Part shown: positions 1 to 10,865 of the stretch, one piece after another
Numbering within the stretch: the stretch's first letter is position 1
How the letters are laid out: each line of letters starts with the position of its first letter
DNA from: Planktothrix sp. GU0601_MAG3
GTDB taxonomy: Bacteria; Cyanobacteriota; Cyanobacteriia; Cyanobacteriales; Microcoleaceae
Direction: 5' to 3'
Length of the DNA: 64,000 nucleotides
Assembly (NCBI GenBank): GCA_035193785.1
Contig: CP136572.1
Location: 3,924,578-3,988,577, forward strand
The notes under the pieces: generated by a model
Seen by the model: the letters and a program-made list of their open reading frames with translations, nothing else
Databases searched by the model: none
Told to the model about the DNA's origin: nothing
Program-made: the position numbers and the translations under genes

Positions 1-146
1 CAAATCCAAGTTCCCCAAATGAACGCCGGAGTCATCATCACCAACCACAGTAACCAAACCGGAGTCCGGGTAATTTGAGCCACACCCCTTTGTAGTAGCC
101 AGTAGGTCATCAACCCCAAAATTATTAACCAAAATAACATGATCAT
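1..146 (-). CDS. Site-2 protease (M50) family protein, 5' part (runs off window)
   Basis: Manual translation MIMLFWLIILGLMTYWLLQRGVAQITRTPVWLLWLVMMTPA resembles the N-terminus of cyanobacterial site-2 proteases. Confidence 0.6.
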   Translation of the reverse strand, partial: MIMLFWLIILGLMTYWLLQRGVAQITRTPVWLLWLVMMTPAFIWGTWI

Positions 147-203
147 CGGTAGTTTTAATTCAGTTAAAATCGACAATTACACCGTAAAAATTAATCTGAT
201 AAT

Positions 204-878
204 ATGTTACAGGAGCGTTCTGTTCCCAAATCCCCCCGGCCTGTGCTGGAAAATATTTATGCCTTCCCACCCAACCGGGAAACCCTGGGCGGAACAGCCT
301 ATTTCATTGTAGAGAACCAGACAAACATCTTAATTGATGCTCCCCCCTGGAATCCGACGAATCAGCAGTTTATCGAGCAGCTAGGGGGCGTTCAGTGGTT
401 ATTCATTACCCATCGGGCGGCGATTGGTTCATCCCGAGAAATTCAAAAAACCCTGGGATGCAATATTCTGATCCAAGAACAGGAAGCCTATTTACTACCC
501 GAGTCCGACGTAACCACTTTTGAGACTGAGTTAAAACTGAGTTCCCAGAGTTCAGTTTTTTGGACACCAGGACATTCCCCGGGTTCATCCTGCCTCTATT
601 TTAGTGGGCATGGGGGGGTATTGTTCACCGGACGTCATCTGTTACCGAATCTCCAGGGCCAACCGGTTCCCCTGCGTACCGCCAAAACCTTCCATTGGCC
701 CCGACAATTAAACGGTGTTCGGTTAATCTTGGAGCGCTTCAATTCCGATACCCTGAAATATATTTGCCCGGGGGGGAATACCGGGGCACTACGGGGAGAA
801 CGTTTGATTAACCATGCCTACGACAAATTGGCCACCCTGGATTTAGATGCCTGTCGGTTGACAGAAGCGATTTTTTAG
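204..878 (+). CDS. MBL-fold metallo-hydrolase
   Basis: LFITH, TPGHSPGS, LFTG and CPG motifs. Confidence 0.85.
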   Translation: MLQERSVPKSPRPVLENIYAFPPNRETLGGTAYFIVENQTNILIDAPPWNPTNQQFIEQLGGVQWLFITHRAAIGSSREIQKTLGCNILIQEQEAYLLPESDVTTFETELKLSSQSSVFWTPGHSPGSSCLYFSGHGGVLFTGRHLLPNLQGQPVPLRTAKTFHWPRQLNGVRLILERFNSDTLKYICPGGNTGALRGERLINHAYDKLATLDLDACRLTEAIF

Positions 879-1039
879 CCCGGGGCAAGTGTAAGAAATG
901 CTGACTCCCCTGACTCGCAGTAAAAATTAACAAAAACTATACTCCCCCAAATGAAAACCGTATCCCCCCCTCTGATAGACTAAAACACTGGGAGTGTCTA
1001 ATAATTCGGCAGTCTCAGTTCTTGGGAGGAAATAATTCT

Positions 1040-2078
1040 GTGGATAATGTTATTGGGTTAGAGATTATTGAAGTCGTCGAGCAAGCTGCGATCGCATCGG
1101 CTCGTTTGATGGGGAAAGGCGACAAAAATGAAGCCGACCATGTGGCCGTGGAAGCCATGCGTAAACGCATGAACCAAATTCACATGAGAGGACGGATCGT
1201 GATTGGGGAAGGGGAAAGAGACGAAGCCCCCATGCTTTATATTGGTGAGGAAGTTGGGATCTGTACCCAGGAAGATGCAGCGAAATTCTGTAACCCCGAC
1301 GAACTGCTGGAAATTGATATTGCGGTTGACCCCTGCGAAGGTACTAACCTAGTCGCCTATGGTCAAAATGGCTCCATGGCCGTGTTAGCGATTTCTGAAA
1401 AAGGCGGTCTGTTTGCGGCTCCTGATTTCTACATGAAGAAATTAGCAGCCCCGGCGGTGGCAAAGAATCACGTTGATATTAACAAATCCGCCACCGAAAA
1501 CCTGAAAATTCTCTCCGACTGCATGAAACCGCTCCATTGAGGACTTAGTGGTGGTGGTGATGGATCGTCCCCGCCACAAAGACCTGATCAATGAAATTCG
1601 CACGGCCGGCGCCCGGGTGCGTTTGATCAGTGATGGAGATGTTTCTGCTGCAATTTCCTGTGCCTTTTCGGGAACCAATATTCACGCACTCATGGGCATT
1701 GGAGCCGCACCAGAAGGCGTGATTTCAGCCGCAGCCATGCGAGCTTTAGGTGGTCACTTCCAAGGTCAGTTAATCTATGATCCAGAAGTGGTGAAAACGG
1801 GATTGATTGGGGAAAGCAGAGAAGGTAATCTGAATCGCCTCAAAGAAATGGGAATCAATGATGCTGATAAGGTCTATGATGCCCATGAATTAGCCTCCGG
1901 TGAAACGGTGTTATTTGCGGCTTGTGGAATTACACCAGGTACTTTGATGCAAGGTGTGCGCTTCTTTAGTGGCGGTGCTCGGACGCAAAGTTTAGTTATT
2001 TCTTCTCTGTCTAAAACTGCTCGTTTTGTCGATACTGTTCATATGTTTGGCGCACCCAAAAATATTCAGTTGCACTAA
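1040..2078 (+). CDS. glpX: Class II fructose-1,6-/sedoheptulose-1,7-bisphosphatase (frameshift at GAAAC 1525-1529)
   Basis: [25 protein letters not shown] and GAAPEGV motifs; GTG start after GGAGG; removing one A joins the two ORFs. Confidence 0.95.
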
Positions 2079-2213
2079 AATTTAAGCGATCAGTAATCAG
2101 TAATCAGTTTTAGATTTTGGGTTTTTTTGCCAACACTTGAAAACTATTAGCAATTTACTGGTTACTGATTACCAATTACTGATTTTTGAAACCATATTTA
2201 TAACAACTGTTCT

Positions 2214-3513
2214 ATGAATATTGCTGTTGTAGGTCTGAGTCACAAGACCGCACCCGTTGAAGTTCGGGAAAAATTGAGTATTCCCGAACCTCAATTAGAG
2301 GCTGCGATCGCTCATTTATTAAGTTATCCCCATCTGGAAGAAGTTGCGATTCTTAGCACCTGTAACCGCTTAGAAATTTATTTAGTAGCAACAGAAACTC
2401 AACCCGGAATTCGGGAAGTTACTCAATTTTTATCAGAAAAAAGTAAATTACCTTTACAACAATTACGGCCCCATTTATTTACCCTGATCCATGATGATGC
2501 CATCATGCACTTAATGCGAGTCGCCGCCGGGTTAGATAGTTTAGTTCTAGGGGAAGGACAAATTTTATCCCAAGTTAAACAAACCCATAAATTAAGTCAA
2601 CAACATAAAGGGATTAGTCGTATTCTTAACCGTTTATTTACCCAAGCATTAACAGCCGGGAAACGGGTAAGAACCGAGACCAGCATTGGCACGGGAGCGG
2701 TTTCTATTAGTTCGGCTGCGGTGGAATTAGTTCAGATGAAAGTCCAGAACTTAAGTAATTATCGAGTTGCCATTTTAGGCGCTGGCAAAATGTCTCGATT
2801 ATTGGTTCAGCATTTAATCTCTAAAGGTGCGAACCAAATTTCTATTTTAAATCGGACATTAGGGCGAGCTAAGGAATTAGCAAATCAATTTCCCGATGCT
2901 GATTTACGGATTTATACTATGTCGGAAATGATGTCCGTAATGGCAAATTCTGATATTGTATTTACCAGTACCTCCGCTACGGAACCCATTATAGACCGAG
3001 CTAAATTAGAAACGATTTTAACCCCATCTCAATCCCTAATGTTAGTGGATATTTCTGTTCCCCGAAATATCGCCACGGATGTCACGGAATTAGCCAATGT
3101 TCAAGCCTATAATGTGGATGATTTAAAAGCAGTTGTAGCTCAAAACCACGAAAGTCGTCGTAAAATGGCCCAGGAAGCCGAAGTTTTGCTAGAAGAAGAA
3201 GTCCAAGCTTTTGAAGTCTGGTGGCGCAGCTTAGAAACCGTTCCTGTAATTAACTGTTTACGCGATAAAATTGAAACTATCCGAGAACAGGAATTAGAAA
3301 AAGCCCTATCCCGTCTGGGTTCAGAATTCGCCGACAAACACCAAGAAGTGATTGAAGCCCTAACCCGGGGAATTGTCAATAAAATTCTCCACGACCCCAT
3401 GGTACAACTGCGTGCCCAACAGGACATAGAAGCTCGACGTCGCGCCATGCAAACCCTACAAACCCTATTCAATTTGGAAACCGGAAAAAAATTCCAGTCA
3501 GCAATACAGTTAG
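2214..3513 (+). CDS. hemA: Glutamyl-tRNA reductase (3' frameshift at 3477-3481)
   Basis: [21 protein letters not shown] and GAGKM motifs. Confidence 0.97.
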
Positions 3514-3550
3514 GTTTGTTCTGTTTTTCCTAAATTCTTTCTACAGATAA

Positions 3551-3590
3551 CGCGGTCATCAAGAGCTATAGCTGATGGCCGCGTCTTTTT
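3551..3590 (+). terminator. Rho-independent terminator-like hairpin after hemA
   Basis: CGCGGTCATCA...TGATGGCCGCG followed by TCTTTTT. Confidence 0.6.
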
Positions 3591-4039
3591 GTTGTTGCGC
3601 CGTTGTTGCGCTTCAGCGCAATCTTGAAGTCTAAAGCCCAACAACCATTATAACAAGGGACTTACAGACCCATTTAACCTTAAAAGTGGGTGATTGCAAA
3701 AGACCTCTTGCAATCCCTTGGCAACGTTGCAATAATAATAAACAGAAAGGCACATTACGAGGGTTTCAAGGAGCTGGAGGTAACGTGTTTATGGGAGCAC
3801 AATATCTCCAGCGTTCTTGCTTTCTTTCAGTGAAACCCCAAAAAATCAACCGAGCGCAAGTTTCCCCACTCTTAAAGTTCTAAAGATTAAATAGACCCGA
3901 GTGTGAATTGATCAAAAACACACCCAACTGTAAATATTATACACAACAATCTTTGAACAGGCTACATACTTCCGCAAAAAATACGAAAACGGTTACATTT
4001 AATACCCGGACGGGGGACTTGCATTACAAGTCCTGTATT

Positions 4040-4844
4040 TTAGTGTTGGATTGCCGATTTGAGGGATTGACAAAACTGACCGATATCCACCAACGCTTGT
4101 TCCGGTGTTCCTTCCGCCAATCGTTTCACAAAGGCACTCCCCACAATCACCGCATCTGCACCCCAGTCTCGCATTTGGGTAGCTTGTTTCCGGTTGAGAA
4201 ATCCCAAACCCAACCCCAATGGGTTTATCCGTTAGACTCCGCATTTCCTTGAGGATATCTTCAACCCGGGTTTGGACTTGGGTACGCATCCCCGTGACCC
4301 CAGTAACACTCACCAAATAAATGAACCCCTGGGACTGACGGGCGATTAACTCAATCCGTTCTTTAGGACTGGTTGGCGCCACCAGTAACGTCACTTCTAT
4401 GCCAATTTGACGGGCGGGTTCCAATAAAGTTTCCGCTTCTTCTAAGGGTAAATCTGGGACAACTAAACCCCTAGCCCCGGCTTGATAAATCTGTTCTAAA
4501 AAGGGTTTAATCCCTCGATGTAAAATGGGATTATAGTAAGTAAATAAAATAATTGGGGCTTTCAAAGTTGGGCTAACCGTTGCCACCATTTCTAATACTT
4601 GATCTAAACGGGTTCCCTTTTGTAAAGCGCGAGTTGCCGCGGCTTGAATTACTGGGCCATCGGCTAAGGGGTCGGAATAAGGAACCCCTAACTCAATCAA
4701 ATCCGCCCCATTTTGATCCAAAATTTGTAAGGCTTTCGCCGTTGTTTCTAAGTTCGGATCACCGGCGGTAATAAAAGGGATTAAAGCACAGTTTTTTTTG
4801 TCCGAAGTTCTTAAAGATTCAAAGCATTCAGCAACAGAAATCAT
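4040..4844 (-). CDS. trpA: Tryptophan synthase alpha chain (frameshift at 4186-4190)
   Basis: [25 protein letters not shown] and VGFGIS; corrected frame gives [12 protein letters not shown]. Confidence 0.97.
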
Positions 4845-4906
4845 TAAAATTAAACTCAAATAGACTAACTAATTATCCAATAATTAAGCAGAAAAAAGTA
4901 AGATTT

Positions 4907-5212
4907 TTAATTATTTTTTTCTGCTTCAACTTCCGCTTGCAATTGAGCAATTTCTTCTGGAGTCATTTCTTCGAGTCGTTTTTGGAAAACGGCATCTTCG
5001 TAGTTTTTTAGTTGTTGGTTATAGGTCATATTTCGACTTCCCACCCGGAATAAATAAGTGAGTAACCAAATAAATAAACCACCTACTAAAAAAGTTTGAC
5101 TCCAGATGCCAGCATCAACGCTATTCAGACCCGCCCATTGTAAAATTAGGTAGATTGCTCCACCTGTCAAAAAAACGAGCATTCCAATAGCAATAACATC
5201 AATTCGTCGCAT
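4907..5212 (-). CDS. DUF3007 family membrane protein
   Basis: MRRIDVI...MTYNQQLKNYE; usual position between ndhL and trpA. Confidence 0.85.
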   Translation of the reverse strand: MRRIDVIAIGMLVFLTGGAIYLILQWAGLNSVDAGIWSQTFLVGGLFIWLLTYLFRVGSRNMTYNQQLKNYEDAVFQKRLEEMTPEEIAQLQAEVEAEKNN

Positions 5213-5430
5213 TAGCTGGCAATTTTTCTAGGTTGAGGACGGAAATTCAAGAAGGGAGCTAGAAGAATTAATCCGGGGAAAAAGAAGAAGACTAAAAAGT
5301 ACATAAATGCCCGTTCAAAAGAACTGACTACATACCAACGAGCATTCATATAGGCATATAAAGCAGCCGGAAGGACTAACAAATAAGCACCCGCTAAAGC
5401 GGCGTAGAGTAATAGGGTAATCAGTAGCAT
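5212..5430 (-). CDS. ndhL: NDH-1 subunit L
   Basis: YLLVLP...[23 protein letters not shown]...NFRPQPR. Confidence 0.92.
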   Translation of the reverse strand: MLLITLLLYAALAGAYLLVLPAALYAYMNARWYVVSSFERAFMYFLVFFFFPGLILLAPFLNFRPQPRKIAS

Positions 5431-5635
5431 AATTGCAGGTTTAAAAATAAACAGCCACTTAACATCAGACAATTTTAAACTATAGCACCCAGTGGGGGAA
5501 TTGGGACAGGGCTATTTGATTTTCTCCCAAAACGGGTATGATCTCTCCCCCGACCCGCCTCCAATATGACTATATTTGAGTTCAGGGGGTAATCTATTTA
5601 ATTATAGTAAATTTGATTATCCTCAATCCTCCGGT

Positions 5636-5663
5636 GTAGGGGCGAGGCACGTCTCACCCCTAC
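5636..5663. repeat. GTAG-type REP palindrome, copy 1 (upstream of RAYT)
   Basis: GTAGGGGCGAGGCACGTCTCACCCCTAC. Confidence 0.85.
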
Positions 5664-5726
5664 GGGTGCGAATACTTTCAACTTAAACCTCGAATGTAGA
5701 TTATCTATTTTTATCATCAAAAAAAT

Positions 5727-6365
5727 ATGCCCGATAATCCACAAATTCATCATCGGCGTTCTATTCGTTTAAAAGGATACGATTATACTCAACCTGGGGG
5801 ATATTTTGTTACGATTTGCACGAAGGAAAAACAATGTTTATTTGGAGATATTGTTCAAAGGGAAATGCGATTTAATTCTTTAGGAGCGATCGCTTTTAAC
5901 ACCTGGCAACAAATTGCTGAAAAATTCCCTCATGTTGAATTAGACTATTTTATCATCATGCCGAATCATATTCATGGGATTTTAATCTTTAATGAAATTA
6001 TTGCCGATCCTCAATCCCCCGTAGGGGCGAGGCACGCCTCGCCCCTACACCGGACATCATTATCAGAACAAGAAATGTCTTCAGAATCAACACAACGACC
6101 TCATGGTGCTGCTCCAAAATCCTTGGGTGCTGTTGTGGGTTGGTATAAATCTTCTGTGTCTAAATCTATTAATAGAATTTGTAATAATTCCGGTCAAGGA
6201 TTAATTTGGCAACGAGATTATTATGAAGAAATTATCAGAGATGAAACCGCTTTAAATGCAATTAGAAAATACATTATTGAAAATCCCTTACGTTGGGAAG
6301 ATGATCCAGAACATCCGCCTTTAAATAAAATTAAAAGTGAATTACTGATTGATCTTCCCTTTTAA
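5727..6365 (+). mobile_element. REP-associated tyrosine transposase (RAYT, IS200/Y1 HUH superfamily)
   Basis: HRRSIRLKGYDY, YFVTICT, HUH motif PNHIHGI, WQRDYYE.IIR, catalytic Y in KYIIENP; flanked by REPs. Confidence 0.9.
6021..6048. repeat. REP palindrome, copy 2, in frame inside the RAYT gene (VGARHASPL)
   Basis: GTAGGGGCGAGGCACGCCTCGCCCCTAC. Confidence 0.9.
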
Positions 6366-6437
6366 ATTTTGATCATCCCGAATTATATTGATGGGGTTTT
6401 AATCTTTGATGAAACCATTGCTGATCCTCAATTCCCC

Positions 6438-6465
6438 GTAGGGGCGAGGCGCGCCTCGCCCCTAC
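6438..6465. repeat. REP palindrome, copy 3
   Basis: GTAGGGGCGAGGCGCGCCTCGCCCCTAC, a perfect palindrome. Confidence 0.9.
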
Positions 6466-6494
6466 ACCGGACTTTGCTGCCTATTTTTTAATAA

Positions 6495-7000
6495 CTAGCT
6501 TGCACCCATAATTTTACCTGTAACTAGAATATCTTTATCAAAAGTTGCTGCTCCAGTATCCATGTTGATAATAATTTGTTTTTTATCTGTATAACCAAAA
6601 AGATTACCGTTTTCAAAATTTAACCCCCAGACATTGGAAAACCCAATATTTCCAATTTTTTTAGCAGTGCCATCTAAGCCTAAAGAATATAAAATATCTC
6701 CTGAGTTATCAGTAGATTTTGATGAGGCAAAAAAATGATTTCTACTAGGAATAAAAGCTAAATCTCCACTACTTATAAAATTAGTATTATCCTCCGAAGA
6801 AATACTTGATGCACGTCCAGTTTCAAGATTGATTTTATAAAGATCAGAATTGCTAGAATTACTTGATCCATATAACTCACCATTAGAAGAAAACTCAAGA
6901 GAATTCATCCCATTATCTGTAACAAAATCTCCAATTTTTGATAAGTCACCCGTTACAGAATCGATTGATACAGAACTATATTCTATCTTGTGGTGATTAA
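6495..7000 (-). pseudogene. Probable 5'-truncated beta-propeller-like protein fragment
   Basis: Blade-like motifs LEFSSNGELYG, SGDLAF and GLNFENGNLFG; frame stays open upstream of the Met to about 7000 and ends just short of the REP doublet. Confidence 0.5.
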
Positions 7001-7022
7001 AATATTAAAATTATCCCAAAAT

Positions 7023-7174
7023 GTAGGGGCGGGTTCGGGTCAATCTTTGACATCCCACCAATAATCTCTCTAAACCCGCTTTCTTTCCCCAAATATGTTA
7101 ATATAAAAAGGGCGGGTTCATTTAGATTTAGGGTGGGATTTGTTGGCTCTATTAGAACCCGCCACTACGGTCTA
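7023..7174. repeat. REP-doublet (REPIN-like) element, copy A
   Basis: GTAGGGGCGGGTT...AACCCGCCACTAC with internal inverted repeats; close direct copy at 7688-7840. Confidence 0.85.
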
Positions 7175-7222
7175 GGGGTATAATTAGAAAAAATATTAAA
7201 ACCTTGATAGGGGTTAATAAAA

Positions 7223-7454
7223 ATGATGAATAATTTTCAAAGATTTACAGTCATTATTGAACGAGAGGACGATGGATATGTCTCTGTTTGTCCTGAATTA
7301 GATATTGCTAGTCAAGGAAATAATGTTGAGGAAGCGAGACTAAATTTAATCGAAGCTATTGAATTATTTTTTGAAACGGCTGAAACCTTCCGAAATTAAA
7401 AATCGATTACAAACCGAAATTTTTATTACTCAAGTGGAGGTGAAGGTTGGGTAA
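7223..7454 (+). CDS. hicB: HicB family antitoxin (frameshift at 7382-7386; missing from ORF track)
   Basis: FTVIIEREDDGYVSVCPELDIASQGNNVEEARLNLIEAIELFFE; overlaps the hicA start. Confidence 0.85.
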
Positions 7455-7671
7455 ACTTCGAGTTTTATCAGCAACAGAAGTTTGTAAAATTTTAGAACAA
7501 CATGGTTTTGTTCAAATTCGACAGCGTGGTAGTCATATTATTATGCAGAAAAAATTACATGATACCAGTATAACGGTTCCAGTTCCTAACTATCCAGAGC
7601 TAAAAATTGGAACTTTACAATCTATTATTCGCCAGTCAGGGATACCTCGATCTTGGTTTGAAACCCATTAA
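7447..7671 (+). CDS. hicA: HicA family mRNA interferase toxin
   Basis: GFVQIRQRGSH...VPVP...LKIGTLQSIIRQSG. Confidence 0.9.
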   Translation: MGKLRVLSATEVCKILEQHGFVQIRQRGSHIIMQKKLHDTSITVPVPNYPELKIGTLQSIIRQSGIPRSWFETH

Positions 7672-7687
7672 TATTCAAACAATTCCC

Positions 7688-7840
7688 GTAGGGGCGGGTT
7701 CGGGTCAATCTTTGACATCCCACCAATAATCTCTCTAAACTCGCCCATCCTTTCCAGAATTTGTTAATAGAAAGAGGGCGGGTTTATTAAGATTTAGGGT
7801 GGGATTTGTTAGATTTATTATAACCCGCCCCTACGGTCTA
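7688..7840. repeat. REP-doublet (REPIN-like) element, copy B
   Basis: GTAGGGGCGGGTT...AACCCGCCCCTACGGTCTA. Confidence 0.85.
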
Positions 7841-7882
7841 TAAATTGACAGTAATAGGGGCCGGATTACTAATAATCAAAAC

Positions 7883-8945
7883 CTAAGTTAAGGCGAAGAC
7901 AGAGACTTTTCCGGCGATGCGTTGGGCGATCGCAGTTAATTCTAAAGCCGCGGCGGAGTTAGGATTAGAGACGACAATGGGAACCCCCGTATCTCCCCCT
8001 TCTCCGACGGGCATTTCCAAAGGAATAGACCCCAGTAAAGGAACACCTAACTCCTTGGCGGTTTTTGCCCCTCCCCCGGAACCAAAAATATCGTATTTTT
8101 TCTCCGGGGCATCGGGAGGGATAAAATAACTCATATTTTCCACAATTCCCAACACCGAAACCCCCAACTGTTGGAACATTTTTAACCCCTTGCGGGAGTC
8201 TAGCAGGGAGACTAATTGGGGCGTGGTCACAATCACGACCCCGGACATAGGAACGGCTTGGGCCAGGGTGAGTTGAGCATCTCCGGTGCCCGGGGGCATA
8301 TCCACCAGTAGATAGTCTAATTCACCCCAATTGACCTGATAGAGAAATTGACGAATAATCCCATTTAACATTGGGCCACGCCAAATCACAGGTTGATCCT
8401 TATCGATCAAAAACGCCATCGAAACCAACTTCACCCCATGATTAAAGGCCGGTTTCTAGGAATTCTCCCTGGGGACTTTGCTGCACCATCACTTGAGCAT
8501 CGGCCAACCCTAACATCGTCGGATCATTCGGGCCATAAATATCGGCATCAATTAACCCGACTTTCGCACCCATTTGGGCTAAGGCCACGGCCACATTCAC
8601 CGCCACGGTACTTTTGCCGACGCCCCCTTTGCCACTAGAAATTGCCAGAATATTTTTCACCCCAGCAATGCCCTGACGGTCAGGTAAGGCCTTTTGTTGA
8701 GGGGTTTCGGCCGTAACATCAATAACAACATTTTCCACCCCCGGAAGCTGTTTAACCGCTTTCTGGCAATCCTCGACAATAAATTCCCGCAGGGGACAGG
8801 CGGGGGTAGTGAGGACTAGGGTAAAACTAATCTCCCCTCCTTGGATCTGAATATTACGAATCATGTTTAACTCCACCAAACTCTTTTGGAGTTCGGGGTC
8901 TTGTACAGGTCGTAATACCTCTAATACTGTATTGATATCAAGCAT
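7883..8945 (-). CDS. mrp: Mrp/ApbC/NBP35 Fe-S cluster carrier ATPase (frameshift at 8452-8456)
   Basis: [28 protein letters not shown] and DMPPGTGD motifs. Confidence 0.95.
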
Positions 8946-9249
8946 ATTGGATAAGATTGTTCCCGGTTTGAGCAGTGGACGGATGGCTATCTTAGCGAAT
9001 AGATCATTTATCCCTCCCCCTTATTATTAAAGAATTGGGTAATTCAAAAGTTCTTAATATTTTGGGGAGAAGTCTTAAAAAGGCTTAAGGTAACTTAAAA
9101 TTAATGTAAACAAGATTTACATTATTAGGGTTTTATTGCAGAAGTTCCCGTTAGTCACTTGACTCAAGGGACACAATGCAGAGATGATCATAACGCTTGG
9201 TGAGATTACAACCCATTGTTGGTAATCGTGAAATAGGTTAAAAAAAATT

Positions 9250-10299
9250 ATGACAGCTTCTCAGGTATCGGAAACTACTACGCCCCACTTGATCCCTGCG
9301 ACTGACTCTCAAGCCCGTGTCAGTCAGTTCATGAAACAACTCCAGGACGAAATTTGTCAAGGTTTAGAACAGCTTGATAGCCAGGGCAAGTTTAAAGAAG
9401 ACGCTTGGGAACGTCCAGAAGGGGGTGGAGGCCGAACTCGTGTACTCCGCGAGGGCGATGTCTTTGAACAAGGCGGGGTGAACTTCTCCGAGGTTTGGGG
9501 CGAAACATTGCCTCCTTCAATTTTGGCTCAACGTCCAGAAGCCGCCGGATATGGATTTTATGCCACGGGAACCTCCATGGTCTTGCATCCTCGCAATCCC
9601 TATATTCCCACGGTACATCTCAATTATCGCTATTTTGAAGCCGGGCCGGTGTGGTGGTTTGGAGGCGGTATTGATTTAACCCCCTATTATCCCTTTGCTG
9701 AAGATGCTCGGCATTTCCATCAAACCTTAAAAGAAACTTGCGATCGCCACGATCCACAGTATTATCCTGTATTTAAACGCTGGTGCGATGAATATTTCTA
9801 TCTGAAACATCGGCAAGAAACCCGGGGGGTGGGCGGTATTTTTTTTGACTATCAAGATGGACAAAGCCAACTCTACAAAGGCCCCGATCCGAAAGGAGCC
9901 GCCGCCCTGTATAGTGATAAGGTGGGAGTCCCTGATCCGAAGGATTGGGACTCTTTGTTCAGTTTTGCAAAAGACTGTGGAGGGGCTTTTCTTCCCGCTT
10001 ATTGCCCGATTGTAGAACGCAGACGTTCTCATGACTATGGAGATCGAGAACGGCAGTTCCAATTATATCGGCGGGGTCGATATGTGGAATTCAACTTAGT
10101 TTATGATCGGGGAACGATTTTTGGCCTACAAACCAATGGTCGCACTGAGTCGATTCTCATGTCTTTACCGCCGCTGGTACGATGGGAATATGGCTATGAG
10201 CCAGAACCAGGGACTCCAGAAGCAGAACTGTATGAGACTTTCTTGAAACCTCAAGATTGGACGAACACAGACTGCTCCCAACCCACAGGTCTAAGTTAA
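9250..10299 (+). CDS. hemF: Oxygen-dependent coproporphyrinogen III oxidase
   Basis: [12 protein letters not shown] and [15 protein letters not shown]. Confidence 0.97.
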   Translation: MTASQVSETTTPHLIPATDSQARVSQFMKQLQDEICQGLEQLDSQGKFKEDAWERPEGGGGRTRVLREGDVFEQGGVNFSEVWGETLPPSILAQRPEAAGYGFYATGTSMVLHPRNPYIPTVHLNYRYFEAGPVWWFGGGIDLTPYYPFAEDARHFHQTLKETCDRHDPQYYPVFKRWCDEYFYLKHRQETRGVGGIFFDYQDGQSQLYKGPDPKGAAALYSDKVGVPDPKDWDSLFSFAKDCGGAFLPAYCPIVERRRSHDYGDRERQFQLYRRGRYVEFNLVYDRGTIFGLQTNGRTESILMSLPPLVRWEYGYEPEPGTPEAELYETFLKPQDWTNTDCSQPTGLS

Positions 10300-10353
10300 A
10301 CTACTATCAGATAAGCAACCAAAGCAATATCAAAAATTCCGAGGGGACGGTCA

Positions 10354-10726
10354 GTGATTCATATCGATCAAAAAGAACATACGACCCAGGATGGCATAAA
10401 GGTCATTGTCTTGGCACCAACAGGACGCCTAGACATCACAACAGCTTGGCAATTTCGCCTCAAGTTGCAGGAATGTATATCTAAATTGAGTCGCCATGTC
10501 GTGGTAAATCTAGGTCAAGTGAACTTTATTGATAGTTTCAGGTCTGACTTCACTGGTTGCCGGAATGCGAGATGCTGACAAAGTGAAGGGCACCTTCCGA
10601 ATTTGTAATGTTCATCCCGAGGCCAAGTTGGTGTTTGAGGTGACCATGATGGATTCCGTATTTGAGATTTTTGAGACGGAAGATGAAGCTCTTGAGGGGG
10701 GGGTAAGAGTCGTAGGTAATATTTAG
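10354..10726 (+). CDS. STAS domain anti-sigma-factor antagonist (frameshift at 10535-10539)
   Basis: GRLDIT; correction restores FIDSSGL. Confidence 0.9.
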
Positions 10727-10865
10727 GGTGCAACCGGGCAAAAACTCTAGTTCTTCTGGGGTCAGATGGTTTAACCGCTCTGGATCTTGTCCGGCCTTTT
10801 TTCCCGACTTTGAAATCCGACCGCCAAAAATTAGAATGATATTCAGTCCCTTTTAAGATTGGCTT

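Noticed and set aside
1087..1094. Frequent GCGATCGC octamers
   Set aside because: Ordinary cyanobacterial HIP1; useful only as a taxonomic cue.
3140..3472. Antisense or overlapping ORFs in the track (e.g. 1442-1678, 3140-3472, 3908-4252, 9727-10062, 12031-12366, 27218-27670, 39044-39433)
   Set aside because: They are shadows of well-supported genes on the other strand or frame and have no recognisable motifs.
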